Source: an uncultured bacterium
GTDB lineage: Bacteria; Cyanobacteriota; Vampirovibrionia; Gastranaerophilales; Gastranaerophilaceae
Assembly: GCA_902772945.1 (NCBI GenBank)
Contig: CACYCU010000023.1
Coordinates: 1-38,626 of the forward strand
DNA length: 38,626 bases
Direction of reading: 5' to 3'
Within the stretch, counting starts at the first letter, position 1. The number at the start of each line of letters is the position of its first letter. The notes beneath the pieces are model-generated. The model did no database searches, was not told the DNA's origin, and saw only the letters and a program-made list of their open reading frames with translations. Made by a program: the position numbers and the translations under genes. Below are positions 24,526 to 35,500 of the stretch, one piece after another.

Positions 24526-26619
24526 ATGGGTACAAGAATAACACAATCAAGTTTTACAAGAGGTGAACTCTCTCCTCGATTGGATGCAAGAACACAACTT
24601 GAACAATACGGAATTGGATTGAAAACTGCAAAGAATGCAATCATCCACCAAGAAGGCGGTATCTCAAACCGCATGGGATTGGAATATTGCGGAGTTGCAA
24701 AATATAATGATAAAAAAACCCGAGTAATAAAGTTTGTTTTTAATTCAGAGCAAACATATATGCTTGAGTTTGGGCATCAATATATGCGTGTATTAAAAGA
24801 TGGCGGCTATGTTGTATATCCGACAGGACACGAACATGAAGGAGAAATTGTTGAAATATCTACACCGTATGATGCTGATGACCTCATGAAACTAAAAAGG
24901 TCACAGTCAGGTGATATCCTAACAATTACACATCCTGATTATCCACCGAAAACAATCTCAAGATATGACCATCACGATTGGAGAATTGCAGACACAGTGA
25001 TTGCACCATCAGTTGCAGCACCGACAAATGTATCTGCAACCATGCATTGGGGGAGTGGGGCAAGCCAAACAACCAATACAAGAAATTATAAATATATCGT
25101 CACTGCCGTTGATGATAATAATGAAGAGTCAAAAAGGTCATCTGCCGTAAAAGTCAAAGGACATAGAGAGGCAAGTTGGTTGGCTGATGAATACATAACA
25201 ATCTCATGGTCTGCCGTTACAGGCGCAACAGAATACAATGTATATCGTGAGGTCAATGGTGTATATGGCTATATAGGAACTGCAAACACAACATCATTTC
25301 AGGATGATAATATTGAACCTGATTTGCAAGCAACTGCACCTGTTTATAAAAACCCATTTGCAACGGCTGATGATTATCCTTCTTGCTCTGCTTATTTTCA
25401 GCAAAGAAAAGTTTTTGCTAATTCAACAAACTCACCGCAAACACTATGGTCATCTCAAACGGCAGCACCGAATAACTTTAATGTATCAAGACCGTTAGTC
25501 GCAACGGATGCGGTTACATTGACCATGGATGACAGAGAAGTAAACGAAATAAGACATCTTATCCCGATGAAAGATTTAATAGTTCTGACATCTAATTCAG
25601 AATGGAAAGTCAACGGAACTGACGGAGTATTTCAGGCAAACCCGATGCCTGCTGCCGTCATTCAATCTTGTTACGGTTCATCACATATTGAGCCTGTCAT
25701 ATCAGGTTCTATGGTTTTATTTGTGCAAGCAGGCGGCTCTGTTATCAGAGATTTAGGGTATGACATTATGACAGAAGGATATGACGGAGATGAGTTGTCA
25801 TTATTCTCCTCACATCTTTTTGAAGGCAAAGAAGTCGTATCAATGGCATACGCAAAAGAACCGTACAGATTATTATTTGTTGTGTTTGATGACGGAACTG
25901 CCGCAACAATGACATACAACAAAAAACAAAAATTGTGCGGTTGGACTCAATTTGTTACTAAAGGCAAATTTGAGTGTGTTGATGTTGTCAGAGAAGGCTT
26001 GGAAGATGTTGCGTATTTTGTAATCAAAAGACATATAAACGGCGAAGATGTGAAGTTCATTGAAAGAACAAGAACAAGAATAATCAAAGACACTTCTCAA
26101 GGATTTTTAGTTGATTGCGGTTTGTCGGCAAACTTTGAAAATCCTGTATCTACAATAAGCGGACTTGACCATCTTGAAGGTGAAAAGGTTATCTGTAATG
26201 TCAATGGCGGTATTATTGACGGCTTGACCGTTGAAGATGGTTCAATTACATTACCGCAAGGGAAAAAAGCATCCTCAATCGTTGTCGGATTACCTTATGA
26301 ATTTGAACTTGAAACTCTTAATGTAGAAGGGGAAAACACTCAAGGATTGAAAAAAATTATCAATCAGGTCAGTGTGAAAATCTATAATTCAAGAGAAGAT
26401 TTTATCTTTTGCGGTGCTGATGGTACAGAGTTCAGACATTCAAGATGTGATGACTCTATAAACCATGCAGGGCATCTGTATTCAAAAGATATATCATCAA
26501 CCGTTTTTGCTCTGCCAAAAACTAATGCAACCATAAAAGTGAAACAAACATATCCGCTGCCGTTGACTATTTTGTCAATCAGTGCAGTTGTTGATGTTCA
26601 GAATAATGAGAATGATTGA
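24526..26619 (+). CDS. Tail tubular protein B (nozzle)
   Basis: QSSFTRGELSPRLDAR, LEFGHQYMR, YPSCSAYFQQR and GLDHLEGEKV motifs. Confidence 0.9.
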   Translation: MGTRITQSSFTRGELSPRLDARTQLEQYGIGLKTAKNAIIHQEGGISNRMGLEYCGVAKYNDKKTRVIKFVFNSEQTYMLEFGHQYMRVLKDGGYVVYPTGHEHEGEIVEISTPYDADDLMKLKRSQSGDILTITHPDYPPKTISRYDHHDWRIADTVIAPSVAAPTNVSATMHWGSGASQTTNTRNYKYIVTAVDDNNEESKRSSAVKVKGHREASWLADEYITISWSAVTGATEYNVYREVNGVYGYIGTANTTSFQDDNIEPDLQATAPVYKNPFATADDYPSCSAYFQQRKVFANSTNSPQTLWSSQTAAPNNFNVSRPLVATDAVTLTMDDREVNEIRHLIPMKDLIVLTSNSEWKVNGTDGVFQANPMPAAVIQSCYGSSHIEPVISGSMVLFVQAGGSVIRDLGYDIMTEGYDGDELSLFSSHLFEGKEVVSMAYAKEPYRLLFVVFDDGTAATMTYNKKQKLCGWTQFVTKGKFECVDVVREGLEDVAYFVIKRHINGEDVKFIERTRTRIIKDTSQGFLVDCGLSANFENPVSTISGLDHLEGEKVICNVNGGIIDGLTVEDGSITLPQGKKASSIVVGLPYEFELETLNVEGENTQGLKKIINQVSVKIYNSREDFIFCGADGTEFRHSRCDDSINHAGHLYSKDISSTVFALPKTNATIKVKQTYPLPLTILSISAVVDVQNNEND

Positions 26620-27113
26620 TGATGTATCGCAAACAAAAAAATGAAAAAGATGTTCTCTATATTCTTGACCATTTGAGAGAATTTGATAAAAAAGAAGTCC
26701 AAGCTGTTCATGGTGATAATTGGAAAGAAAAAGTTTTTGAACAAATTATGCAAACAGATTTTGATGTTCTGATGGGGATAAATTCAGAGGGTGATGTTCC
26801 TGTCTGCATGGGCGGTGCTTGGCACTTGGATAAAGATGAGCAGGGAGTTGGTGTTGTATGGATGTTGTGTACCGATGATATAAGCAATCATCCGATAACA
26901 TTATTGAGAGAACTAAAAAAAGAATTTAAGAAATATGATGAGCAATTTTGGTTTTTATACAACTTTATGCTTGCAGAAGATGAGCAGGCAAAAGGTTGGC
27001 TCAAGTGGATGGGATTTGATTTTTCAATGCCACGACCTAAAAACCTAGAAAACATAATGCCTAAAGGATTTGAATTTTTCTATCGCATCAGAAAACCGAA
27101 AGGACTTGAATGA
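26616..27113 (+). CDS. T7 gp13-like (GNAT-like) virion assembly protein
   Basis: LREFDKKEV...VWMLCTD...LYNF...WLKWMGF; follows the nozzle gene. Confidence 0.75.
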   Translation: MMMYRKQKNEKDVLYILDHLREFDKKEVQAVHGDNWKEKVFEQIMQTDFDVLMGINSEGDVPVCMGGAWHLDKDEQGVGVVWMLCTDDISNHPITLLRELKKEFKKYDEQFWFLYNFMLAEDEQAKGWLKWMGFDFSMPRPKNLENIMPKGFEFFYRIRKPKGLE

Positions 27114-27397
27114 TGAGTAATGTAATTGAATTTAAAACAAGAAGTGAATTGCTCTCTGATTGGCTGAAAGAGGTTATCAATCAAAATGGTTTGCTTGAGC
27201 AAGATGTTAAATCCGCTCTTTTGGTTTGGGAGAAAAAGGAAAAAGACGGAACATCAACTTGTATGCACGCAAGATTTAATTGCGATATTGACAATTTTGA
27301 ATGGTTTAAAAGGTGCATCGAAGAGCAATGCTTTAGAAACAAAGTTGCAGAGTATTTAAGAGAAAACATAAGCGATTTTCTACAATATATAAATTAA
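27110..27397 (+). CDS. Hypothetical protein
   Basis: Coupled to the upstream gene; begins MSNVIEFK. Confidence 0.65.
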   Translation: MMSNVIEFKTRSELLSDWLKEVINQNGLLEQDVKSALLVWEKKEKDGTSTCMHARFNCDIDNFEWFKRCIEEQCFRNKVAEYLRENISDFLQYIN

Positions 27398-27407
27398 GGA
27401 GAATAAA

Positions 27408-29528
27408 ATGCCGCAAGTACCAACATACGGAAGAGAAGAAAGATTGAACGGTGCAGCAAGACCTTATGAACATTACAATCTTAACGGTTATATGTTTGGG
27501 CAAGGTCAGGCGCAGGCAATGGCTAATGCAGGGCAAGGATTTAATCAGCTTGCTGCTGCCGCATTACAAATAAGTGATACTATTGAACGCACAAAAGGTA
27601 TTGAGTTCAACAACGCAATAGAGAAATGGAAACAAGACAATCTGCTTGATAAAGAGAACGGATATTTTTCAAAACAAGGTGCAAATGCCGCAGGGAAATC
27701 TCCCGAGATTATGCAGAATTATGATGACTTTGTTGCGCAATGGATGAAAGAACATAAAGCCTCAAAGTTCACATCAAGACAACTTGAGGCAATATCAACT
27801 CAAAAAAGAACAGGTATTTTGCATAATACAACCGCTCATGACTTGCAAGAAACAAACAGATGGGCAGATACAGAAGGCAACCTCGGGATTGAAAATGCAA
27901 TCTCAAGTATTGTTGCCGAAAGAAATAATCCTGACGGTATAAAAACTCAACTTGAAAACATTAAACAAATCACTCAATGGAAAGGCGGTCTGCAAAATCT
28001 TGACGAGAAAACTATTGAACTTCAAACTCGTGATAATGTTTCAAAAGCACTTTGCGCAATCCTTGACACGAAAATGCAAGAGAGTCCGACAGAGGCAAAA
28101 GAGTTTTTTGAAGAACACCGAGAAGAAATAAACTCTGACCTGCATTCTCGCTATTTGTCTGCTATCAACCAAGAGGAAAGAAAATATCAGGCAAGGGAAT
28201 TGGCTAATGAAATTGTTAGTAAATATGGAAATGAGCAGGATGCAATAAATGCGGCAGAGGCAATCGAGGATGTTGATATGTCGGATGCGGTATTGTCAAG
28301 AGTAAAAAGACATTTTGCGCAAGAGGAACATTTCAAAGATTTGCAGCAAAGAGAGGCTCTTGATAATTTCTATAATAACGCAGTTATTGCGGCACAGAAC
28401 GGAACATCACTCTCTTATGATGACATCCCTGATAATCTTGACCCACATACAAAACTTTCCCTGATGAATTATGTTAATTCAAACGGACAACCCCAAACCG
28501 ATGACCAAATATGGGAAACTTTATACAATATGTCAGTCAATGATGCTCAAGGATTTGCAAAAGAGGACTTGAACAAATACAGAGGATTTTTGTCTGATAG
28601 TGAATATAAATCATTTGTAAAAAGGCAGAATGATATTAAAACAGGCAATTTCTACACAACAATAAAAGATGATGACCAAAAAATCAATGCTGCTTTAAAA
28701 TCCATGGGATTGAGCGGCAATACTTCTGTTTTAGGATTGACAGGGAAAAACAAGGATATATCTTATTCTGAAATCAGAGCAATGGTCAGAGAACTTGAGT
28801 CGAGAAAAGGCAGAAAGATAACTGATGCAGAACTCGAAAGCATAACCAATTCACTTGGCTATAAAGATAAAAATGGAGTCCAAATCTATAAGCAACTTGA
28901 AAAAGGGATGAGAGAAAAAGTCGGATTTATCAGAGATGTTATGAATGATTTTACATACTACCAATCAAAGCATAACGGTGAAATGCCGCCTGATGAAGAG
29001 AAAATGAAAATCATCAACAGAAGATTAAACATGAAAGTGCAAGAGAAAAAAACACAAGCGCAGCAAAATGTTGATAACGTAAAATCAAATGCAACAACAA
29101 TCCGTAATATTGCATATACAACACCAAAGCCGAATGAGTTGAAAATTTTGACATATTTTGCGGACAACCAAATACCTACAATCGGCAAGCAGTTAGGACT
29201 TAAATTGACCGTAACAAGCAGATACAGAAATCAAGCAGGTTCTCACCATTCAGAAGGCAGAGCCGCAGATGTTTCAATGTCTGAACATAATGTTCAAAGC
29301 CGTATAAAAATTTATCAAAAATTGCTTGCATTGCCAACAGTTCAAACAATCGGAACATCAGACCCGAATATTTTGACTCACTTCAATGGCAATCCAAAGA
29401 TAGTTGATGAAAGGAAATATGACAGACAACATGGAACAAATCATGTTAATCATGCACATGTAACTCTATATAATATCAACCCAGGGAAACCAACACAAAT
29501 TGCTAGTAATGGCACATATAAATTTTAG
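27408..29528 (+). CDS. Internal virion protein with a C-terminal M15/Hedgehog-DD-peptidase-like domain
   Basis: MPQVPTY N-terminus typical of gp15-like proteins; C-terminal VTSRYR...SHHSEGRAADV...HVNHAHV. Confidence 0.75.
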   Translation: MPQVPTYGREERLNGAARPYEHYNLNGYMFGQGQAQAMANAGQGFNQLAAAALQISDTIERTKGIEFNNAIEKWKQDNLLDKENGYFSKQGANAAGKSPEIMQNYDDFVAQWMKEHKASKFTSRQLEAISTQKRTGILHNTTAHDLQETNRWADTEGNLGIENAISSIVAERNNPDGIKTQLENIKQITQWKGGLQNLDEKTIELQTRDNVSKALCAILDTKMQESPTEAKEFFEEHREEINSDLHSRYLSAINQEERKYQARELANEIVSKYGNEQDAINAAEAIEDVDMSDAVLSRVKRHFAQEEHFKDLQQREALDNFYNNAVIAAQNGTSLSYDDIPDNLDPHTKLSLMNYVNSNGQPQTDDQIWETLYNMSVNDAQGFAKEDLNKYRGFLSDSEYKSFVKRQNDIKTGNFYTTIKDDDQKINAALKSMGLSGNTSVLGLTGKNKDISYSEIRAMVRELESRKGRKITDAELESITNSLGYKDKNGVQIYKQLEKGMREKVGFIRDVMNDFTYYQSKHNGEMPPDEEKMKIINRRLNMKVQEKKTQAQQNVDNVKSNATTIRNIAYTTPKPNELKILTYFADNQIPTIGKQLGLKLTVTSRYRNQAGSHHSEGRAADVSMSEHNVQSRIKIYQKLLALPTVQTIGTSDPNILTHFNGNPKIVDERKYDRQHGTNHVNHAHVTLYNINPGKPTQIASNGTYKF

Positions 29529-29537
29529 GAGTATAGG

Positions 29538-32500
29538 ATGACAGTTGACATAACACAAGAAGAAATGAACATCTTGAACCTTAACGGTATTACCGCCGAA
29601 GAGGTAAGAGATAACATTCAATATATGAGAGGCACAGGACTTGATGATAAAACAATCAGGACTCAATATTCTGAAACTATAAAACAATTAAGACCAATAA
29701 CAAAGCTCTCACCGAATGATACCGCAAGAATAAAAGATATGCAAAAAAAGGGTGCTATTACACCTTTTGAATATGCAAGCAGAAAAGCGGTTGAATATAA
29801 CGGAACTTATAACAATGTTGATAAATATGCAAATTTAAACCTGACACCTGAACAAAAAGCTAAACGAGAACAAAACGACAAAGAATATCAACAACGCATA
29901 AATGATATGGAACAAATCAAACTTGAAAAACAAGCTGAAAGTGAACGTATCAGGGCAGAACGTAAAGCGAAAAATGCAGAAAGGGATGCAAGAGTCAATA
30001 ATGGCACAGCCTCGTTTTTAGATAGGGTTGGGGCATATCTTGACAGGCAAGCGGATATAAGTGCAAGAGTATCAGCAAGCACACCTGCTCTTGACCCTGT
30101 TTTAATAATGGCAGGGGTTGATAATACAGGAGAACCTTTACATCCTAGCAAATATGATAAAACTAAACCGATAAATGCTCATGAGTCTGTTGCCAAAAGT
30201 TTTATGTCGGGGGGATGGATACCTTTTGCAGGCGGTTTTATTGAAAATGCAGACAAGAAGAAAGCAAGAGAAATAAAAGAGCATATTATCAACAATGAAC
30301 CTATAAGAGAGGATGAGTTAAAATTTTATAACCGTTATTTAGATAATTTGCAAGAAGAGTCTGCAAGAGGTTACACTTTAGGCGGTAAAATTACGCATGA
30401 TTTTCTCAATTCTTTAGTTAGGTTCGGCGGCGAAATTGCAACAGGTGGATGGGTGTTAAAATCACTCGGGGGAGTCACTGAACTTGCAGAAGGCGCATCA
30501 CTAGCAGAAAAAGCTGCCCATGGCATAAAATCAATGGCTGCAACAGGCGCAGTAAATACAGTTCTACCGACAACTTGGAATGACACTTATGCTAATTATC
30601 AAAATAGGCGATTTGATAAAGAATTTGAATTGACCGACAAAGGAACATGGTTATTAAAAGAGGCAGAGGAAAAGCCTGCAATATCATTCTTGAAATCACT
30701 CGGACAAACTTTTGTAATGTTTGCATCAGAGGCATCAGGCGAACTTCTTAAAATACCTGTTGAAGGAGTGAAGGGTGCAGCAGGGAAATATGTCGGAACT
30801 CCAATCAGCAAATATCTTGCAAGCAACCCGAAACTTATCAAGTTTATTGATAATACAATTCCTGCATTGTCAAAGGCTTATGAAAAATTAAATAATCTGC
30901 CTGTTAAAGGAAAATCTCTTGATTGGTTAAAGAATGCAGTCAAGTTTGATGGCTTTATAGAAGAAATGGGAGAGGAAGTTGTTGAGGATATTATGAATAT
31001 CACTCTCGGAACAACTGACGAAAAAAGAACACTTGAGAATTATGCAAAAGCCATTTTTAAATCTCCTGATGAGTGGGCAGTTATAGCAGGCGCAGTTGCA
31101 TTGCAAGGCGGCACATTATCTGCTGCATCTCATGTCTTGGGCAGTTACATGGAAAGAAACGGCGCAAGTGATGAAGAAATTATTGAAACTCTCAATAATT
31201 TGAGCGAAGGCGAAAAAGAACAAAAAATTCAAGAACTAATAAGCGAGAACCTGATAAATGTTTCAGAATATACAAACGAAGAAAGCGAAAAGAAAAGCCA
31301 ATTAAAAGATGCTTATTTTAACCAAATCAAAAAGACAGGTATGGATGACAATGATGCTCTGTCAAATGCTGAACTCATGTCAGAGGCTTTTGCAGCACTT
31401 GCAAAAAATACAGGTATGAACCTTGACGATGTTACAAATGAGGCTAATATCGTTATACAAAATATGTCAGATGAGCAGGCTCAACAGATGTATGAGGCTG
31501 ATAATTCTGCTGCCTTGAATGGTGATGTCGTATTCAATGGCAGTCAACTTATTGATGATGAATTGCAAAAAGTTTATGATGATTTTTCTGCACTTCCTGA
31601 AGATTATTCTGATGAGGCAGATGTGAATAATCGCATCCAACAGATGCAGATTTTGCAAGATATTAAAGATGGAGACCTCGCACAAGAACAGCAGCAAGCT
31701 GCACAAGATTTGATTGCTCAATATGAACAAACAAATCCGCAACTTGCTGCTGCATTGCGCAAAGCAGTTGAGAACAAACAGAATACAACTAATGATGCAA
31801 GCGGCATCAATGAAGTGGAATTTCAAAAAATCGACACAGCAGGTGCAGAAAATAATCAGACCGCACTTGCAAGACAAGAATGGAAAAACAAAGGAACAGA
31901 GTCAAAATTTTTTAAAAAGTGGACTGATGATGCACCTCTTGTAACATCTCAAGAGGCATTGAAATATAATTTTAAAACAGGAGAAAAGATTGCAGTCGAG
32001 GGTTATCATGGTACAAAAAGAGGTGATAGAGTTGGTGAAGTATTTAGACCTGAAAGGGCAACATCAGGACCGATGGCATTTTTCTCAAGTGAGAGAAAAA
32101 TCAGTGAGAATTATGCCAAGGGCAAAGAAGATACATCTTTGAGTGATGATATGAGAGATTATGACCAATGGTTTAAAATTAAAATCAATGGTCGCTCAAT
32201 CCCATTAAAAGATGCATGGTGGAACTTGACCTCTCAAAAACGTCAAGAAATCAGCGAAAAAGCACCACATATCACTTATGATGAAAACGGTGAAAATATA
32301 ATTTATGATGAAAATAATAATAGAGGCATCGGAAACTATGACTATGAAATCAAAAGATATAGGGGTAATGCATTAAAAACACTTGTAGAAGGTTGGCTGA
32401 ATAGCGGCACACTTTGGGGCAACGAGGATGATTTCATAAAAGTTCTTGAAATGGTTGGTATAGACAGAGATGATATTGATTATATAGACCCTTATACTGA

Positions 32501-35500
32501 CCATTCAAAAGTTTATGATGTTTATTTGTCATTCAAAAATCCGCTTGTAACAACTGATATTCCGAAAAAAGTATTGAACAAATTGAATAGAGAGGCAAAG
32601 AAACAGCCTATACCTGAAATGGGATATGGAGTTGATGCTTGGGACAAAAAATACAGAAATCCTTTACAATGGGTAGAGGCTTTGAATGAAGATTATGCAA
32701 AGGATGAAAATTCTTATGTATGGACTGTAATACCTGATTGGGTTACGGATGTATTAAAAGGCTTTGGCTATGACGGTATAATTGACATGGGTGGCAAAGC
32801 AGGTGGAGAAATTCACAAGGTTTATATCCCATTTGCATCAGAGCAAATTAAGTCAGTTGATAATCAGGGAACTTTTGACGAAAACAATCCGAATATATAT
32901 TATCAGCCAATAAGCAAAACTGCAGCCGAATATGATTATATTCATAATCAAGTTACAGGCGAAAGAATTGATATTGAAATGAATGACGATATTAAGGTTG
33001 ATAAAATCAAACCTCAAAAAATATCTGCAAAATTGCCATTCAAAATATCAAAGAAACCTGCTGATAATAAAAAAAACATAGTTAAAAATCTTGATTTAAT
33101 ATCTAAAAGTAGAGATGTTAAAAATAAAAATACAGACGAAATTGCCAAAGTTGATAAAAGCACAATAGAAAAATCTATATCAAATATCCCTATAAATAGT
33201 AATATTTATAATGATTTTTGCTGCATATTATTTAATATTGAAAAATTATACAAAAATGCTCAAAAAATCCTTTCTTATAAAGATGCAAAGACTAACACTG
33301 ATATGATAATCAAAAGATATGCAAATGTTGTAAAAATAAACAACAATAATTATCTTTTAGAATTTATCTTAAAAGAAAAAGGTAAGGTATTATTATATTC
33401 AGTAAAACCATTAAGCAATAAAGATGCGGTACTGACTAACGCCTACACAGATAAAAATCTTTCAGCACTCAATACCGCTACTTATAGTATAACCGATATT
33501 AAAAAGATTTTCAAGTCTAAACTTGTAAATGAATATAACAATGATTACAAAAATTCACAATCTAAACAAGGTATAAATCCAAAATTTCAAAAGATACAAA
33601 AACAATCTCCGGTGCAAATGAGTTTGTTTGATACTGCTATTCAGCAGAGTTTATTTCAACAGGAACAAATCTTTCAGCCTCAAAGTGAAACAGGGCAAAA
33701 TGTTCAACTTGAAATCGGTTTGTCATACGATAAGCAAAAAATTGAAGAAAAGAAAAAAGAAGAAATTAAAACTGATGCGATTACTGATGCAGGTGACTCT
33801 CTTCTTGGGAATTTAAAGAAAAACAAAAAACAATATACATGGGTTGAATTAGATGGAATGAATGATTTACTCCGAAAGAAATATCTGTCTAAATCATATA
33901 TCTACCAATTACCTACATTTGAAGATTTTAAAAAACAAGGATTATCTGACAAGTCTATTGCTTTTATAAGTCTTGTTTATTCAAAGATAAATGCAAAACC
34001 TGCAGCAGGATATGAAACAAAAGAGGCACAAAAAATATACTTTGATGGTGTGCATGAAATTATGGAAAAAACCATCAAATTTGCAAAAGAGAATGATGCC
34101 TTATTAAGTAATTACTCAAGACAGTCGGCAAGAAATGATGAGTTGTTTAATAGTGTATTCCCTGATACAGAAAATAAAAAACCATATAATATATTTACTG
34201 CATACCCTGCACATAATAAAAAGGCAATTATTGTTGGCGGCAATAAGTTAGTACAGTCATTGTGTCTTGGTTATTCAACTGCTGCTGATATTGAAAAAGT
34301 TTTATCAAAAATGCAGGCACTTAATTCTGAAAACAAAGAGCAACAGACAAAAGAAACTGTTACAGGATGGAGAACAAAATTTGATGTTGCTCAAACATAC
34401 AGAGGATGGTGCGTTGCAGACAGAAAAAGCGGCATGATTATTACAAGTAAAGAATTGCCGACAAAAGAAATTGCGGAACAAGTTGCAGAAAAAATATATC
34501 AAGAAGTATTAAAAAATAGCAAAAATTATACAGAAAATTATAGTGAGTTGAGAAATCATATACCACGCAGGCAGAACGGTCAAAATGTCAACCCCGAGGC
34601 ACTAATAGAAGTGTTTGGCTTTAGGGGTATAAATTTCGGGAATTGGACTAAACAACAAGAAAGGCAAGACTTTGTTAATCTTGCGTATGACTCATTATAT
34701 GACCTTGCAGAACTTTTAAACCTGCCGCCAAAGGCATTGAGTTTAGGCGGCAAGTTAGGCTTGGCTTTTGGTGCGCAGGGTAGAAGTAAAGCAGATGGGC
34801 ATTTTATTCCTGAATATAACGAAATAAATCTAACAAGAAAGACAGGGGCAGGCGCACTTGCTCATGAATGGTGGCATGCACTTGATTTTTATTTTGGTGA
34901 CCAATCAAAAGGCAAAGAGTTCAGTGGCAGACCTGCTCTTGCTTTAAAAGAACAAGGTTTATTAAGAAAAGAGGTCTATGATGCTCTTGCAAATCTCATG
35001 GAACAAATTAAGTATTCCCCTCTTACTGAAAAAGAGATTGAGGATAAAAGTAATTCAATGGAAGTTGGTATTCATAGAGCCATTGAGTATTATGCTAATG
35101 ATATTAAAAATAGTTTTAAAAAATCAAAGAAAGCAAATGAGATTTCAAAATTTGTAGATAATATTGTTTCAAAAGCTGCTGAAATTGATATATCAGCAGA
35201 AACAGACAATCTTAATAAAGAGTATATGAATTTGCTTGATGAACGCAGAAAAACTTGGGATAACTTATCTAAATTGGGCAACCTTTTGCACTATTGCAAA
35301 AAATTGCAACAAGTTCAGGATATTGCAAAATCATCAAAAAAATATTCTCAATACTATCAAAATGCAGAATTGCTGAACTCTCTTGAGAAAGGAATGGGCA
35401 AAGCATATTGGACTAGCAGCACAGAACTTGGTGCAAGAGCATTTGCAAGTTATATCTTAAACAAAACCGTTGAAAATAATTATCAAAATAATTTTCTTGT

